DNA of 64,000 nucleotides from Magallana gigas (Eukaryota): NCBI RefSeq assembly GCF_963853765.1, contig NC_088858.1, positions 7,378,001 to 7,442,000 of the forward strand, read 5' to 3'. Shown piece by piece: positions 24,863 to 38,844 of this stretch (position 1 is its first letter; each line of letters starts with the position of its first letter). The notes under the pieces were generated by a model. It saw only the letters and a program-made list of their open reading frames with translations, ran no database searches and was not told where the DNA came from. The position numbers and the translations under genes were made by a program.

Positions 24863-26325
24863 GATTATCAGTTTAGCGGGTCTCGTCACGGTACTTTCAA
24901 TGTAGGGAGCCAGTTAATCCAGACATTGAGTAGAGTGATAAATAACGGTCTGTGGCGGAGTACACTGAATCAAGGCTCTACGACAGTCGACAGTAAGTAT
25001 AGTGGGCTCTTCTGTTCTATCCCCAATGAGCGGAATACTCCAAACAATGTCAAAATCGATGGACACGTTTTACTAACTTTCTTGTAATAGTTCTCGGGTG
25101 CAATCAGCTCCTCTTTCGAAATGGTTACTGACAAAATGACTATGTGATCATTAAAAGCTTCTTAGGAGTAAATCCTTCATTGCTAAAAGGTTTATATTCT
25201 TATCCAGCTTTGTTTTTAATCATCCTTTGTCTAATCAAGTCTTAAAGTTATTGCTTCCAATTAAAAAACCCCCAGTGATAATCTTGTGTTCCACGTGCTG
25301 TTAAGGTTTAAGAATCGAACAACAGGTACCCGGGTTTCCTCTGCCCCGTCTGATGTAGAGACTTTGCCTCTATTTCAATGGGAACTTCTGGGTGAAAAAG
25401 GTTACAGTCCAGCTGCAGACGACAGCAGATGTTTCTTCTTTAATATAGGAACAAATCTACAAAACGTAAATGAAAATATTCAGTGAGTTACAGTGACAAG
25501 GCGTTGATACAAGCCAAGATCACAGTTGTGTAAACAACTCCAGGAAGATTTTAATTAGGCACCGGGAGCATGCTGTATTTAATAATCAATATTTTCATGA
25601 TCTCGACACATCACCTAAGCTTGTAATGACATCAGTCACAGACACTCACAACGGGCGGATGTGGAAATCGTGAATCCACATCCCTCCAAAGCGACAGCAT
25701 GCGCGCGCACAGATCGAACAGCGACCCTCCTTCAAATATTTATCACTCCCATTGTTCGCTTTTGTTAGGTTTGGGGTTTTATTGTTCGACTTTTAACCGT
25801 TTTAAAAATCATCACTCTGTCGTAATACATATATTGCAAATAGTTAAATTACAAGTAAGCTTGGCTTTTGCAAGCGTACCGCATACATTCCTTTGTTAAT
25901 ATTGCAAAATAGCATTTGTTCGAAAGGGGGGAAATCAATTTTTAGCAATAAAATGTTATGTGTTCAGCCAAAAATTATGCATCTATTTTGTAGCAATAGT
26001 TATAAACACTCGTTTGGAAAGGGAACGAAAATTATAACAAGTTATGTGTCTGGTGTCCTCGTAACATACACTATTGATATAATCTGGTTGCAAGTACATC
26101 TGAACATTGATCTAAAATGAGTGAGTAGTTTTCATATTTGTCGGGAATTCTAATATTCCCCTAGTCTCGATAATTTTGCGCGTGATATTTCATCAGACAC
26201 TACCTCGCTGTTTTAGAAAATAAGCGAAATAAAATCCATCAACAAATAAGTGGATTTGCTTTAATAACGTTTTTCCTTTCTTCTTTTATTTTTATTTCGC
26301 AGACAAAAGATAATCGTTTCTGCAT

Positions 26326-26333
26326 TGACGTCA
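26326..26333. promoter_or_regulatory. Full palindromic CRE (TGACGTCA) ~1.46 kb upstream of the PKA-RII start codon
   Basis: Exact CRE match. GC-box-like GGGCGG and GCATGCGCGCGCA at ~25653-25710 are also upstream. Function not shown. Confidence 0.25.
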
Positions 26334-26816
26334 GACAAACATGTTGCACGGGGCAGAAGATAATGAGAATCTGCCGTTCTACATATATGTATCATGTTTG
26401 CAGGTTTTGTAGTAAGCCACTGTTAAATCTAGAGCCAAATACGTATGACAATAGATTTCTATGGGGCATATACATATATGAATCTATGAATGTTCTGCAT
26501 TATAAACGCGACGCAAGCATAAAAAATCTCATACACCAAAAAAAAAAAATGTTAGCAATCCAATAAAAACTTTTAGCTATAATCTAGAACTGAAAAGTGA
26601 TAGTGGGACGTTGACGTGTTGCCTTGTTGTTCGTCATTCTAATTAAAACAAATCCTTATGTTGCATACGAAGATAGTATTATGGTTAGTTAACCACCAGC
26701 ATGCATTTCGTAAAGGTTGCCTTCAGCTCAGTTGAAGAAAATTACATGAGATATTGCGAGGGTCGAGTATTAATCTATACAGTACAGCATATAAATTAGA
26801 AACTATGGTGGACTAT

Positions 26817-27069
26817 TAGAGCCATTATTACAAGGCCTTGGACTTTCCGTAGGACGTAGCTATCACTTCTTGCGTCAAAACATGTTAAAAATGATGCTGG
26901 ATTCAAGTGAAATATGCACCGATTGCGTAGTCTTAGCTCAGAAGCCAGACAAATCGTGTTGATTTCAATGAGCTTTCACTGAGTGGGCAGCAATGAAATA
27001 GACAGGCATACGTGACATTGCTGTTTGACACAACTACCCAAAGTCCAAGCTCCTGTTATAATGGTTCTA
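26817..27069. mobile_element. About 250-bp TA-target MITE, copy 1
   Basis: Ends TAGAGCCATTATTACAAGGCCTTGGACTTT / AAAGTCCAAGCTCCTGTTATAATGGTTCTA are inverted repeats; homologous to 28548-28800. Confidence 0.8.
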
Positions 27070-28547
27070 CCTCTTCGCTAAATGACACACCTGCATCTGT
27101 AATTTAGAGAAACATTTACTTATAATGTGTACACTGTATAATCATAAGATATTTGATCTGACACATCACCCCCCGACCTTTTTAATATATCTAAATCTAT
27201 TGATTACTAGTAGCAAACGTTGTCATTTCCCCCTTAATTTGTAATACAAATTATTACATCATTAATGAGGGATTCCAATAAATAATTTAACGAATTTCTC
27301 CAGAACTGGATAAATTTATTCGTGATAATTAACCGAATACACGTCTAGAAATTTGCAAACATACATGTAATCTGCCTGAAAATGGAAATCCATCTCTTGA
27401 GAAAAGGACAATCATTTACATATTTAGATTTACATCCGTGTATTTTCTCATTTTTTTTTTTAGCCCGAATGTGACTTTTACAATATAAAATACTTGTTAA
27501 AATATTTCTGCTTTCAAAAAAGGTCTAATAATTTTATAAAAAAAAGACCAAAAAGTAGTTGTCACAAATACACATTTCACACTTTGCAAGACTATTGTTA
27601 TGGTGCATAAATAGAATAAAAATTAAGGCATTTCCAAAGACTGTATTGAATTTTAATTTAGTCTAAGACTTGATTTCAATTTCTGTCTTGATTTTTTTTG
27701 TATTTAATGCCACCAGGAATTCAAGCAATTACCACATAACATCATGCCAAACTCATATTCTGCAATTTGAATTTACCAGCCACTAAGAAAATCGAACATG
27801 CAACTTTTAAAGTCAATAAAATATCTAGTGTTCTCACGCCGAAACCGCTGACGTTGTTCTGGAATTCGAATATAATAGTGCACGGAAAATGAGAATGGAA
27901 ATTAGCCTTTCATCTTTGTACAATATAAACGATTGTACAATACATTTATGACACAGAAGTCGATATGACAAAAGGGAATGTCTTATTTGTGCTAAAAACT
28001 AACGCACGCCATTGTTATGAAGCATTTATGTATCATTTGGGAGGACAGGAGGCTAATGTTTTGGAAGCACTGCCGTCTGAATAGTGCTGAAAGTGAAATA
28101 GACATGACTCAACGCGACCGTGGAACACAATACGAACGGGTTTAACAGAAATACTTTATTCATTCTGATTATAATACTGCACCAAAAACAATATGTTTTT
28201 CTGTGTAATTTGTTTATAATTCAATTGATTTTTTCCATTTTGAAAATGATTTTATTTTGGGCCCTCTCCTGTATAACATTAGATGGTGTGTTTTCAGTAG
28301 GGTCCAACTCTCTAAAGCTAGAGATGGTTCACAACATAATTTTACAGTGGTAGTGGTTGACCACCCGGAAAATGTCAAACCCAAAGAAATGAGACTTGGA
28401 GGTTTCCGTGCCCGATGTCTAAAATCCCTTAATATTAAATAGCGTGTTTTAATCATGCACTTCCTGGATACTACATGTATATAGTGTGTTTTCAGTAGGA
28501 CACTTTCTACTAAATATTGTGTTTTAGCAGGGTACTCCCTTGATACT

Positions 28548-28800
28548 TAGAACCATTTTAACAAGACCTTGGACTTTCAGTTGGATGTAACGATCTATTT
28601 CTTGCGTCAAAACAAGTTAAAATGACACTGGTTTCAAGCGAAATATACACCGATTGCGTAGTCTTTGCTCAAAAGCCAGAAAAATCTTGTTGATGTAAAA
28701 AAGCCATGGCTGAGTGGCCTACAATGAAAAAGACAGGCCTACGTTACATTGCCGTTTGACTCAACTACCCAAAGTCTAAGCTCTTGTTAAAATAGTTCTA
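28548..28800. mobile_element. About 250-bp TA-target MITE, copy 2 (coordinates include the TA duplications)
   Basis: TA|GAACCATTTTAACAAGACCTTGGACTTT ... AAAGTCTAAGCTCTTGTTAAAATAGTTC|TA; splits a TGATACTTAATAGTGTGTTTTCAG repeat unit at TA. Confidence 0.85.
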
Positions 28801-31800
28801 ATAGTTTGTTTTAGTAGGGCACTTTCTTGATACTTAATAGTGTGTTTTCAGTGGTTTACTCCTTTGACACAAAATAATGTGTTTCAGAATGGTACTGGAA
28901 AAGTTAATTTTTTTAAACACAGCATCGGTAAAACTCTCAGGCAAACATAAAAAAAGAAGAAACGTAAAATTTTTGTTTTGAAGTTTTAAAAGCAAAGTTC
29001 ATTGGGAAGATGTGTATATGTCTTAATTATACTTACATGTATATATTCTTTTTCTGAATAAATAGAGGTTTCAAGTTCTCTCCGTTTGGTAGCCAAACGA
29101 AGATTTGATATCGATATTGGTTTCATCACGAAAATCAACAGAGAGTCCATTTGAATGACCATTAATCAAAGGCATCTCATACAAAAACGTCTCCATTTTC
29201 GCCCATCTCTCATTCATGAAATATGTCCATTACATCTTGCGATGTGATTACATGTTCAAACAATTAATTTCATCGGGTAAGAACGCTTATTCATTTCGTA
29301 AGTTCGTCGTCTTCTGACCAAATTAGTTTTATTCATTGTTGATTGTATAGCGCCGGGCCTTAAAGCATCAGTGCGTTATCGACCATCACTATCTTCAACA
29401 TTTAAGCTGCTGTTTTATATCTTTTTTTTAAAATATGGTTGTAAAGATCACTGCTTTCTTTCAAATTCAAGATCTTATCCCCCCCCCCCCAAACCCGAAG
29501 ATTATCAATAAAACTATGCATAAGATTTCCCCAATAACTTGACAACATGGAATTGGTAAATGCGTTGGTTGACTTGCTGAAGATTTCTAGTTCTTTTTGC
29601 TTAGTCAGGCGGCGTCTTCTAGGGCACAATGCTGAGGGATTTAGTATGATTATCTACTCCAATTATAGAGTCCTAACCGACACAAAGGAGGAAATTTCTC
29701 CTGAACCACCTAACCAATCATCTTTAATTTCTTCCTACAAAAGGACATTAAATTCTCTCAAAAACACACTTTTCAGCCACAGCAATGATTGAATCAGGAA
29801 ACTTTCTGCGTGCTCAACGATTTGAGGAGAAATGCTTCTCGGGAAGTCGAGAAAATTTAATCAAACTCTAAACACAGCTCCGGTAATTTTTTTAATTAAT
29901 CAAAATCGATTGTAATGTAATCCTGGTATACTGAACCCGAAATTCTGTTGCTGATAAAGAACATCATTCAAATAGCCATACGGCCATTGTCAACATCATG
30001 AAAAATTCTATTTTTTTTTTCTTATTAAATATTCACTATTGACACTCATTGTACAATAACCGTTTTTAGTAAAAAAAAAAACCTTAAAAATAACATACTT
30101 AAAATCTATACTATGCCAAATACTTCTAAATATAGAAAAAAAATTAACTTTACCTTACGGAAATGAGTTAGTTGTGAAGTGCTGTAACAATTCTGATAAA
30201 AGATTTTTTTCTGCTAATTCGATCTGTTCTTTGTCGAGAGGCACCGCTCCTGATTGGGTTTCATTTGATTCGAAATTGTTCTAAAAGATGAAATGGTGCT
30301 AAAGTGGGCAGTTGTTGAAATAGTAAAAGGAATACCAAGATTGAAGTAGATCATCACTCAGTAGTCAATTGTGTTGCTGGAAGCATATTTCGATAGTTGT
30401 AATCGACCCAAGGAATGTCAAATATTATCAGATTTATAACTTATAGGCAGATGTTTCCCTGTCCGTTTTTTTCGAAAATGAAGTTTATTTTCACTGCAAT
30501 ATCATATACGTTTATTAGGATATTACGCAATATTAACTTAATGTTAAAGCGGACACGTAATTTGCTATTTGTTCGTCTCAAAATCCTACATATACATGTA
30601 TATATATATTGGCTCATAAGTGACTTTGCTTAATATACATGCACGTGTAACACATTTCATTTACCAACTAAGTGAACTGAAGGCATAGAAAGCCACATAA
30701 AAAAGACACTACAACGAGCTAACTCAGACTCGCTAGGGAGAAGTATATTTTTAGAGAATCCAACCCCAGACGTTTCCTGGGGTAAAACTGTAGAAAAAAT
30801 TATTTTTCAAACACAAATTAAATCCTACATAGACGGAGACTCGTCGTCAAATTTCGCAGAAATAAAGGAGGATACCGCTTTTACACGACAAAAAAGGTTT
30901 TAGGCGACTTTATAAATAAATAATTGAAATATTAGAACATTATAACAAAGTAAAGTTATTAATTTTGTAAAGTGTTCGGTTGCATTTGGTGAAATAAATG
31001 CATAACCCTTCTCGTAAAGCTTGTTCAAAGAGAATAAAACAATAATCAGCCACTACGTTCTGTTCGACATCCCTTTTTTTTCAAAAGGAATAACAGTCAA
31101 AAAATCTTTTGATTTAACGGGCTTTTGCAGTCAAATCCGTTTAATGCATGGAGAAGGAGTGAAAGCACATACTGCATATTTTCTCATGAATAGAGGTTTA
31201 TTCCATTTCCGAGACCGTCTAACAGCCGACCAATAATGCCTTAGGTTTTGTCCATTTTCTTTTTCTGCTATAATTATCTGTTCTACTTTTTTGTTGTTGC
31301 AATTTTGACAACCTTCTCACTTTAAAAAAGACACTCCACGAGAATAAAAATATGCTGTATTTGATATAAAACCTCGCTATGGTAACACAAAGATTTACTC
31401 AAAGAAAGCGAGCTTCGTCTGCATGCAATAGAAAGCAGCAAGTATACTGTTTTTGCATCGCTTCTTTTGTCTGAATCCGGGATTCTGACAATAACACATT
31501 TTCTTAAAATATTAATTCGGACAAATCCTGATTTGTGGCTGATATTTAGATGGCCCCTTTCCGCTACATTCACACATCGTTATAGGTCATACAATAAAAT
31601 GAGAATTTTAGAGCCACGAAAATATGTACTTTTAAAATATAAAAAAAAATTCAAAAACCTTTAAAACATGATATCATTACAAATGATTTGTTTAAATGCC
31701 AACTACTCAAACCATCTCAATTTAGGCTTCGAGATATCCCGGTGCCTGTGATAAAGGATAACAGTGGTCTGCTTACCAATGTGATAAAAGTATCATTTTA

Positions 31801-33998
31801 GTCCTATCCCAATAAGCAGTTCCATTTAAATGATGTTAAAAAAGCTATCCATCTTAATTATGAATAAGTTAAATACTGTGAACATGTATAACTTGATCCC
31901 TTTTATTTGCTGTGTTTTGAGATAATAATAAGCAATATGACATATCCAATACCATGTACATGCAATTTGATGATGTGTAATCAATGAACCAGCAGGTCTT
32001 TTGTTAAATATTGTGATTATTGTTACCTCTGGTCGATACTGATGTGGTGTGGTCCACAGAGAACCAGGTTGAGAACATATTTCGATCACACAACCTTTCA
32101 AACACAAAGCGAGCAGTTATTATTTCCTGGCTACTAAAGTACCTTGAAAACAGACTTGGGCAACTCAAGATACGAGTCATTAAAAACAACCGTTATTTTT
32201 TAAAGAATGTCTGCTTTGAGAAACACAATTAACGGCAAAAATATTGTGTAAGTTACATATATACTAATATGAGCAAAACATGTCTGCTATGCTCTCTGGA
32301 AAATCCCTCTCCAGAAACTTGGATTAACAATTAATATTCCGATAGAATGCGATAATTAGGCTAACGGAAATGCAGAATCGACAGTTTACATGTAACACGA
32401 TTTATTTATCAGGAAAAAAAAATCCACTGCATTGAAGGTAGTTATAGCGCTATAACTGGTATCACTGATTACCTCGTATTAGCGTTTCCTGCCTTTGTGC
32501 TTATAACAGAGAAGTTCAGTCTCGCAAAACTACCATAAACTATCCTTTTCTTCCGCCGATCGGAGTAATATTAATGCATGATAGGGAGGCGCGTGGGATC
32601 CGTCGCTGAACGATTGTGTTACATTATGCATTTCTTACATTAGAAATGCTGCTACGTTAGCTTCAAATAGAACAATGCAATAGAGCAGAAAATATTGCAT
32701 TATTTACTTTCGGTCGCTAGCATTCTAATAATGAGCGATTGGAAGACCCATACCAGGGGTTATTATCCCCTTTTTTAATTAAGAGCTGCATTATATGGTG
32801 ATATTTTGGCAAGATGAAAAGAAACAAGATTTATAACATCTCGAAATTTTATTGCAAAGTTGCTTGAACATCTATGTTGAAGTAAGACTTGCGACTTGAT
32901 AATCGCAATCAATACATATTGACCTTTCAAGACGAGGCTACTGAAGCGCGCACTGACATCTAGAGTCGTGGACTGTACGAAGCTTTTTCCCATTTGCAGA
33001 CAACGCCTTGGTTGTTTTACCAACTGCATTATCCATTTTGCAGGGTTTACATTTGAAATTTTAGGATACAGATTTATTTTATACCAAACTGATTCGCTGA
33101 AATTTAGGTATTGAGATGAACAATTAAAGAAATAAACAAGAATAAGAAAAAGGAGATTAAACTTGGATTTGGGTAATAATTTGCCTCGCGAAAAAACATA
33201 TAAATCTTAATCTGTCCTGACAATTTCATCCTATAAGTGTAATTTATTAGAAACATCGGTCACCATTTATTCTCCGTATTTTTCATTTCGCTTGAAAACT
33301 AGAGATTTATAGCTTAAACAACTCAAACGAAATCGATTTCCTTGAGAAAAATTCAACACCTATTCCGAATTCAAAATTTTAGCAAACAAACCAATTACAT
33401 TTAGAAAGTATATAACACATCAGTTAAAGATAAAACACGATTTTTTAGTAACCATGAAACATTATTCAAATTAATGAAAACAACGTGTTCTTTTTTCTTT
33501 CATTAAGTCAAATTCTATTCTACAACTGAATGATATTGCCTATATGAATGAATTAACATGTATGTAGATATCACTGATGATTTGAACCTTATCAGTGCAT
33601 AGAGAAGAAGAACAACATCAGTATCTATATATGTCCTAAATACTTATATTCCTACAACTGTTTTCAAGATGTGTATAATACACATATATTCATTGTAAGT
33701 CAAGAAGGAACAAGATGGAATGTAAACCAGCTCTTTGAAGCAAAACAAAACTTTATGGGGAAGTTTCTTACATCCGATTGTAGCTGAGTATGCACCACCA
33801 AGCCTCTGATTTCCTAGCTTTACGTTCACCCTTCCAATTATTCCAGTATATTTACATTTTCCAGTGTCTTTGCTTGTGATAACACTACGTATCGATGTTG
33901 TACTATATAATCATAATTTCAAATGACGCCAAATTGAGACGCTTATTTATATTTAAATATTTAATCGTACAATGGTTTAAAATTATATAAATATAAGT

Positions 33999-34147
33999 AA
34001 TAAGGAATCATTCTTTGAATATTATGAGGTGATGATTTCGATCGGGGCGTGATCAAATCTATCATAAAGTCCTTCGGGCTTAATTGGATTTGATCACGCC
34101 CCGACCGAAATTATCACCTCATAATACTAAAAGAATGATTCCTTATT
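33999..34147. mobile_element. About 150-bp foldback element
   Basis: AATAAGGAATCATTCTTT..TATTATGAGGTGAT..TTTCG.TCGGGGCGTGATCAAATC pairs with GATTTGATCACGCCCCGACCGAAATTATCACCTCATAATA..AAAGAATGATTCCTTATT around a central AAAGTCCTTCGGGCTTT stem-loop. Confidence 0.85.
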
Positions 34148-36578
34148 CTTTAAGTATTCCCGGTATATTTTTTGATGTATAAATAAAATAGCCCAACGAA
34201 AAGTACATTTACGGCGACGACTTAAACCACGTGACACTTTCATGACATTTTAACTCATGACTTACTGCACGAGATTCGCGTCGCTTCTAATTAAGAGAAA
34301 ATTTAGTGCAATACTTAAACTGAACGAAATGATCGTAAAATCCAAAAAAATCAAGTTCTTGTAAATGTGTGAGTGCTTCACGGGGGAATTCCTCAACACC
34401 TAAACACTTTCAATTTGATTGTGTTTGAATAGATTCAAACATTTAAATATTGACACTAGATGTCACTTTAGTGGTGTATCTACTTAAACGAAGTAGGGAC
34501 CTCGTCGAATACGTCACAAAAATGCAATAAACACCAACGTTGTTTGTGAACGAGGCTCATTGTTTAAAACCAATAAAGTTTAGAAGTTTAGAAACACTTT
34601 CAAAATCTCGTCGATACGGCACGTTTTTCATTAAATTTAAGTTGTCATAAGAAACATTCATTGATAAAATTGTCAGGTTATGTACTTTCATTAAATAACC
34701 ATACCTTAATAGCTTTGTTAATACGGCTGAATAGTTAAAGAGGACTAATTAGCTTAACAACAGATACAACATGCAAGGATGTATGCAATTTGTTTCTAAA
34801 ATCATAACTGCTACTTAACAGTATAACATTTCTGAGTTCTAGGAAGCAACAGATGACGTGCAAACACATATGAAGCAATATATTGGAAAAAAAGATCAAT
34901 TGAATTAATGGGTCTGTAGAGTTTTCTGAAACAACTCGGATGAATACATGAATTTCATATTAATTTCCATTTTAAATGGAATGTAGAGAAACGAGGTCTG
35001 GACATGCAAAGGAAATTCATGTAATATACATACTGAAATAAAGTCACATCAGTGAATAAATATAAACTGAGGTTTCATTCCCAAGATCTTCGTAACACAA
35101 CGTCTTATCGTGTGATAATCAGCCATTATGGCCTTTATTGGCTATTTCATTTTAAAAATAAGATTCAGGTAAAATGAACGCTTTTTCCCTTCATAAAATC
35201 TTACCTTACTCCGGATACCGAGTGGTAAACATCCACTTTTGCAGCGGGTCTGTCAGCAGATAATATGATAGCAACAACCCCAAGGCCTAAGAGCAGACAG
35301 AGCTTTCCACGATGACACCTTGTATAAATAAGCTATCACCTGCAAGGGGAAAAGAAGAAAAAGCTGCACACTTTATATCCTCGGATCGATCTCTTCTCCA
35401 TTTAAAAGCGTGTATATCTATCGCGCGGTCGCCATTTCGCTGAAAGCATGTGTTTCATCTTGGAATTTATGTAAACTACTGGTTGAGTTCAATGTAAACC
35501 ATTCTTAGGTACCGTCGTGAATGAAATATTAAGAAATAAGGGAAAATGGAATGATGATGTTTCGGATACTTGCACATGTTACCGACCCAACTGCTTTCAT
35601 TTATAATTGCAATGCCATGTAGATTATCTCAAGAGAACCATGATTCCAATTGAATTTAACATTTGTTTGTATGGTTTTGTTCACCACAGTGAAAACAATT
35701 AGCTACCTGATGTCTTTGAGGATTTCACAGGAATTAAAATACAAGTTTCCGGTTTTGCAGTAAACAAGTTTGAGTTTTTTGTAATCATATACGATTTTTC
35801 GTGGGGCTTTTACAAGCAAATCCAGCGACTTTTTGAACCTTAAACCCTTATTAAAGTGCACTCCATTACAGTAAAAAACAGTTCATCATCACTTACGGCT
35901 ATTTGTTTTTCGTTTGAATAGAAAACATCATTATATCAGAATCAATATTCCATCGCCTACTTCAAAAGTAATACGGGTCGCTTATGATGTTTAATCAGGA
36001 CCATGCGATTTAGAATCAAAAGAAATTGGTTCACATTTCTTGTGACATTGCTCTTTTCCGTCTGCGGCTATTCAAGCAAAAGAGCAGATGTCTGTAAGAA
36101 AGGATTGTGGGTTGTACTGTTTCAACGTCTATATCAAGGAACTGGGGGTGGATCAATGAGGACAAGTATGAAATGTAGTCACACGAGTCGCTTTAGTGAT
36201 CCTAACATGTAGATATTGAGGCCTCAGTCGTATGAGGAGGACTGTTACAATCGCTATATTGGTTACATTAACTTTCATCTATTATGAATTCTAACCCAAG
36301 GACAAATGGTGTATCTCAAAACAGATGCTTTTCTAGATCTGACATCCGTTTCTTTCGCACACTCTCTCGGGGTCGTGATCAATTTACATCTTATATTGTT
36401 AGGTGTAAAGGGCAAATTGGATTAAAAATGTACTTCTTAAAATTAAGTCACAATATGAAATGTGGCATGGTCTTCCTTCCCTTTTGAAGTAGCAAATGGC
36501 GCCAAACGTGTCGCTGCTTCGGCAACACTGTTAACAGAAATCTGTATCGTACATCATTTAAATTAAAACATAAAACAT

Positions 36579-36581
<3 letters not shown>

Positions 36582-36618
<37 letters not shown>
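36582..36618. repeat. (GA)n microsatellite
   Basis: Perfect GA run followed by a G tract. Confidence 0.97.
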
Positions 36619-36625
<7 letters not shown>

Positions 36626-38455
36626 ATTCTGAGCCAATATATAAAATGTATTCGGCAGAACAGCTTGATAGGATTACCTTGGCAATTCGTTGACTGACAA
36701 TTAAGAAGGAACGGAAATGGCTCTTTTCGATAATCGCCTTTCATCTCAAACTGTATAACTCTACTTCAGCTATTTATTGACTTATATGACTTCAACGGTG
36801 CTTTCATAGATACATAGATAAAAGATTTGCCTTAATATTTTAAAACACAGCTATAGGGATGAGGATATATTTTGAATCTTAAAATTTAAAGTAGTTTCAA
36901 AGATGATCTGGGCTACGAAGACGATAAATATACCTGTTATAAAAAGATAATTTTATACTCAAATCCATTGAAAACCAACAACCAATCTCGCATGAGGTAA
37001 AACTCATTCAACCTTTCTCTCAATCCACCATTGAGAAATGGAAACTCTTTAGATATATAAAAAAACGAAAATCATATGATGAAATTACTATACTATGGCA
37101 CTTCCTTCCCCAAAGAGCTTTAAGTAGCCAATCAGAGAAGTGGATTGATTACATAAGAAGTACAGGAAAAGTTCTCAGAGTTTTTCTACGGTCACTTCAT
37201 GTATTAAAGTGTATGTAAGATTGGGAGTAAGGCACAACATAGCATCATTACTATATTTGCGGAGTAGTTTCATGGCATACAATACATACATCGAGCTCAC
37301 AACCAGTATGGAATCTCTGCGGAAATGATCAGCGTTAAATGACAATGGCGTCAAATGTTAATCAGAATTTATATTGCCGACACCAATATACAAAACTTTC
37401 CTCACATTACAGACATTGATGAAATTTTCATCTAGTAACTTTAAGCATGTACTTGTACCCTGATGTATTAGTATAACTTGATTACATGTACAAGCATTTT
37501 TTATAAACTAACAAAGTACCAATGTTCATTCCATTCATACAGAAAGCATGAAGGAAAGGAAACAAATTGTAGCAGAGCAATAAAAATGGCTTCAATTTGA
37601 ACATTGAAGATTGATTATAAGTGCCTTATATAAGTTAATTCTCATTACACAGAATCCCTATTCATTAATCTCTTTTAGAAAAGGAAATTTCATTAAGGCT
37701 GAAAAACAGACAAAAAGAAAGAAGATACTGATTAAGGTATATGTTTTGATACTGGAACGATTATACACTAGTAACTTGATGTACAAGTATATCTTCATCA
37801 AACCAACACAGATGAGAAGAAACTCTTCAATCACCTCCATCACAAAAAACCCAAACAATTATATCAGGAAGGGAAATTTAAAACTAACAAAAGTACTGGA
37901 ATTGCTCTGTAAGACACCAATGAGCGGCCAGACTTTACAAAACGTGTTTAATAAACATGCATTAATACTTGTTCTGGTAAAAGAGATTGAAAGAAAGAAG
38001 CCATTTTAATTTAGCACGATGATCTTAATTGCATCGTGCAATCTGGTTTATGGTGAATAAGTATTAGAGATGAACTCCTGAACCCAGCTGTAACTGTGGT
38101 ACATGTACTTTTTAAGGTTTGCTTTTGACAAGTTTTAACAATTGCCGATCGTGCCAAACATGTAAATGCGACAGATATTGGGTCAAGTTTTAATGATTTG
38201 TGTCAATAAGTTTGTCTGCGATTATTATTGAGGTCCTTTGTCGTTTATACATCGATGTTTACAATGCAAAAGTTCGTTGCCAAAACTTACACCAGAGGTA
38301 AGATGATGAAACTTCTGTCTCGAAAGGATAAAATATACGTCTATTTTGACTATATTAATATTTGATCTATTTTTTCGTGGTGATAATCAAATGCTCTCAA
38401 TTTCTACACTGTGTGCTTTATGCTTCCAAGGCTTAACCGGAAATATGCATATTTA

Positions 38456-38844
38456 ATGCACTATTTTAAATTCCTATATGCGAGCATATTACTCCTATGG
38501 GTGGGGTATCCAAATGCTGACTATAAAGAGTGCATGACTAATGACAGCGCCATTAAATGGTAATGGGTTTTATAACCACCAAAGTAAAGGAAGCGGCTCG
38601 GTTTATGCTTTATTTCTCCCCCGGTAGTGAGTCCATCATAAATCGAATAGATCCAACATTTCATCGAAACGAGTCTTGCCCTTTTAACCCAAAAATAAGC
38701 AATTATGAGGCAGCGAAGATGTGTTTGTACCGTAATCCTCACTTTGATCGAACTTTAAGTCCAGTTGCATTATACAATTATGATGAAGGCGAAAACTTGC
38801 GCCAATGTCCATACGTTGATCCCTATACAACAAATTCTGCATGA
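38456..38844 (+). pseudogene. Single-exon secreted-protein gene interrupted by a 1-nt frameshift (pseudogene or assembly indel); ~129 aa if restored
   Basis: MHYFKFLYASILLLWVGYPNA-DYKECMTNDSAIK (ATG 38456) stops 2 codons after AAA 38555-38557. Adding one A joins it to the 95-aa ORF MVMGFITTKVKEAARFMLYFSPG...CPYVDPYTTNSA. Signal-peptide-like leader and 4 Cys. Confidence 0.55.

Noticed and set aside
24863-24889. N-terminal extension MTRPAKLII of the RII ORF
   Set aside because: Starts at GTG; homology begins at the ATG at 24862, which has a good Kozak context.
24368-25087. 239-aa plus-strand ORF (also 23942-24145 and 24129-24335)
   Set aside because: Antisense shadow of the PKA-RII coding sequence; no domain signature.
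29400-33060. Several coding-looking patches (29400-29850, 31340-31560, 32000-32230, 32775-33060) as a decayed autonomous transposon
   Set aside because: Frames are inconsistent, and no catalytic motif or element termini could be identified by eye.
36448-36744. ORFs containing SLSLSL or ERERER runs (also 43097, 61362, 61367, 61400)
   Set aside because: Translations of (GA)n microsatellites.
37611-38009. 132-aa Lys/Ile-rich ORF
   Set aside because: Composition-driven, non-ATG start, no splice context or motif.
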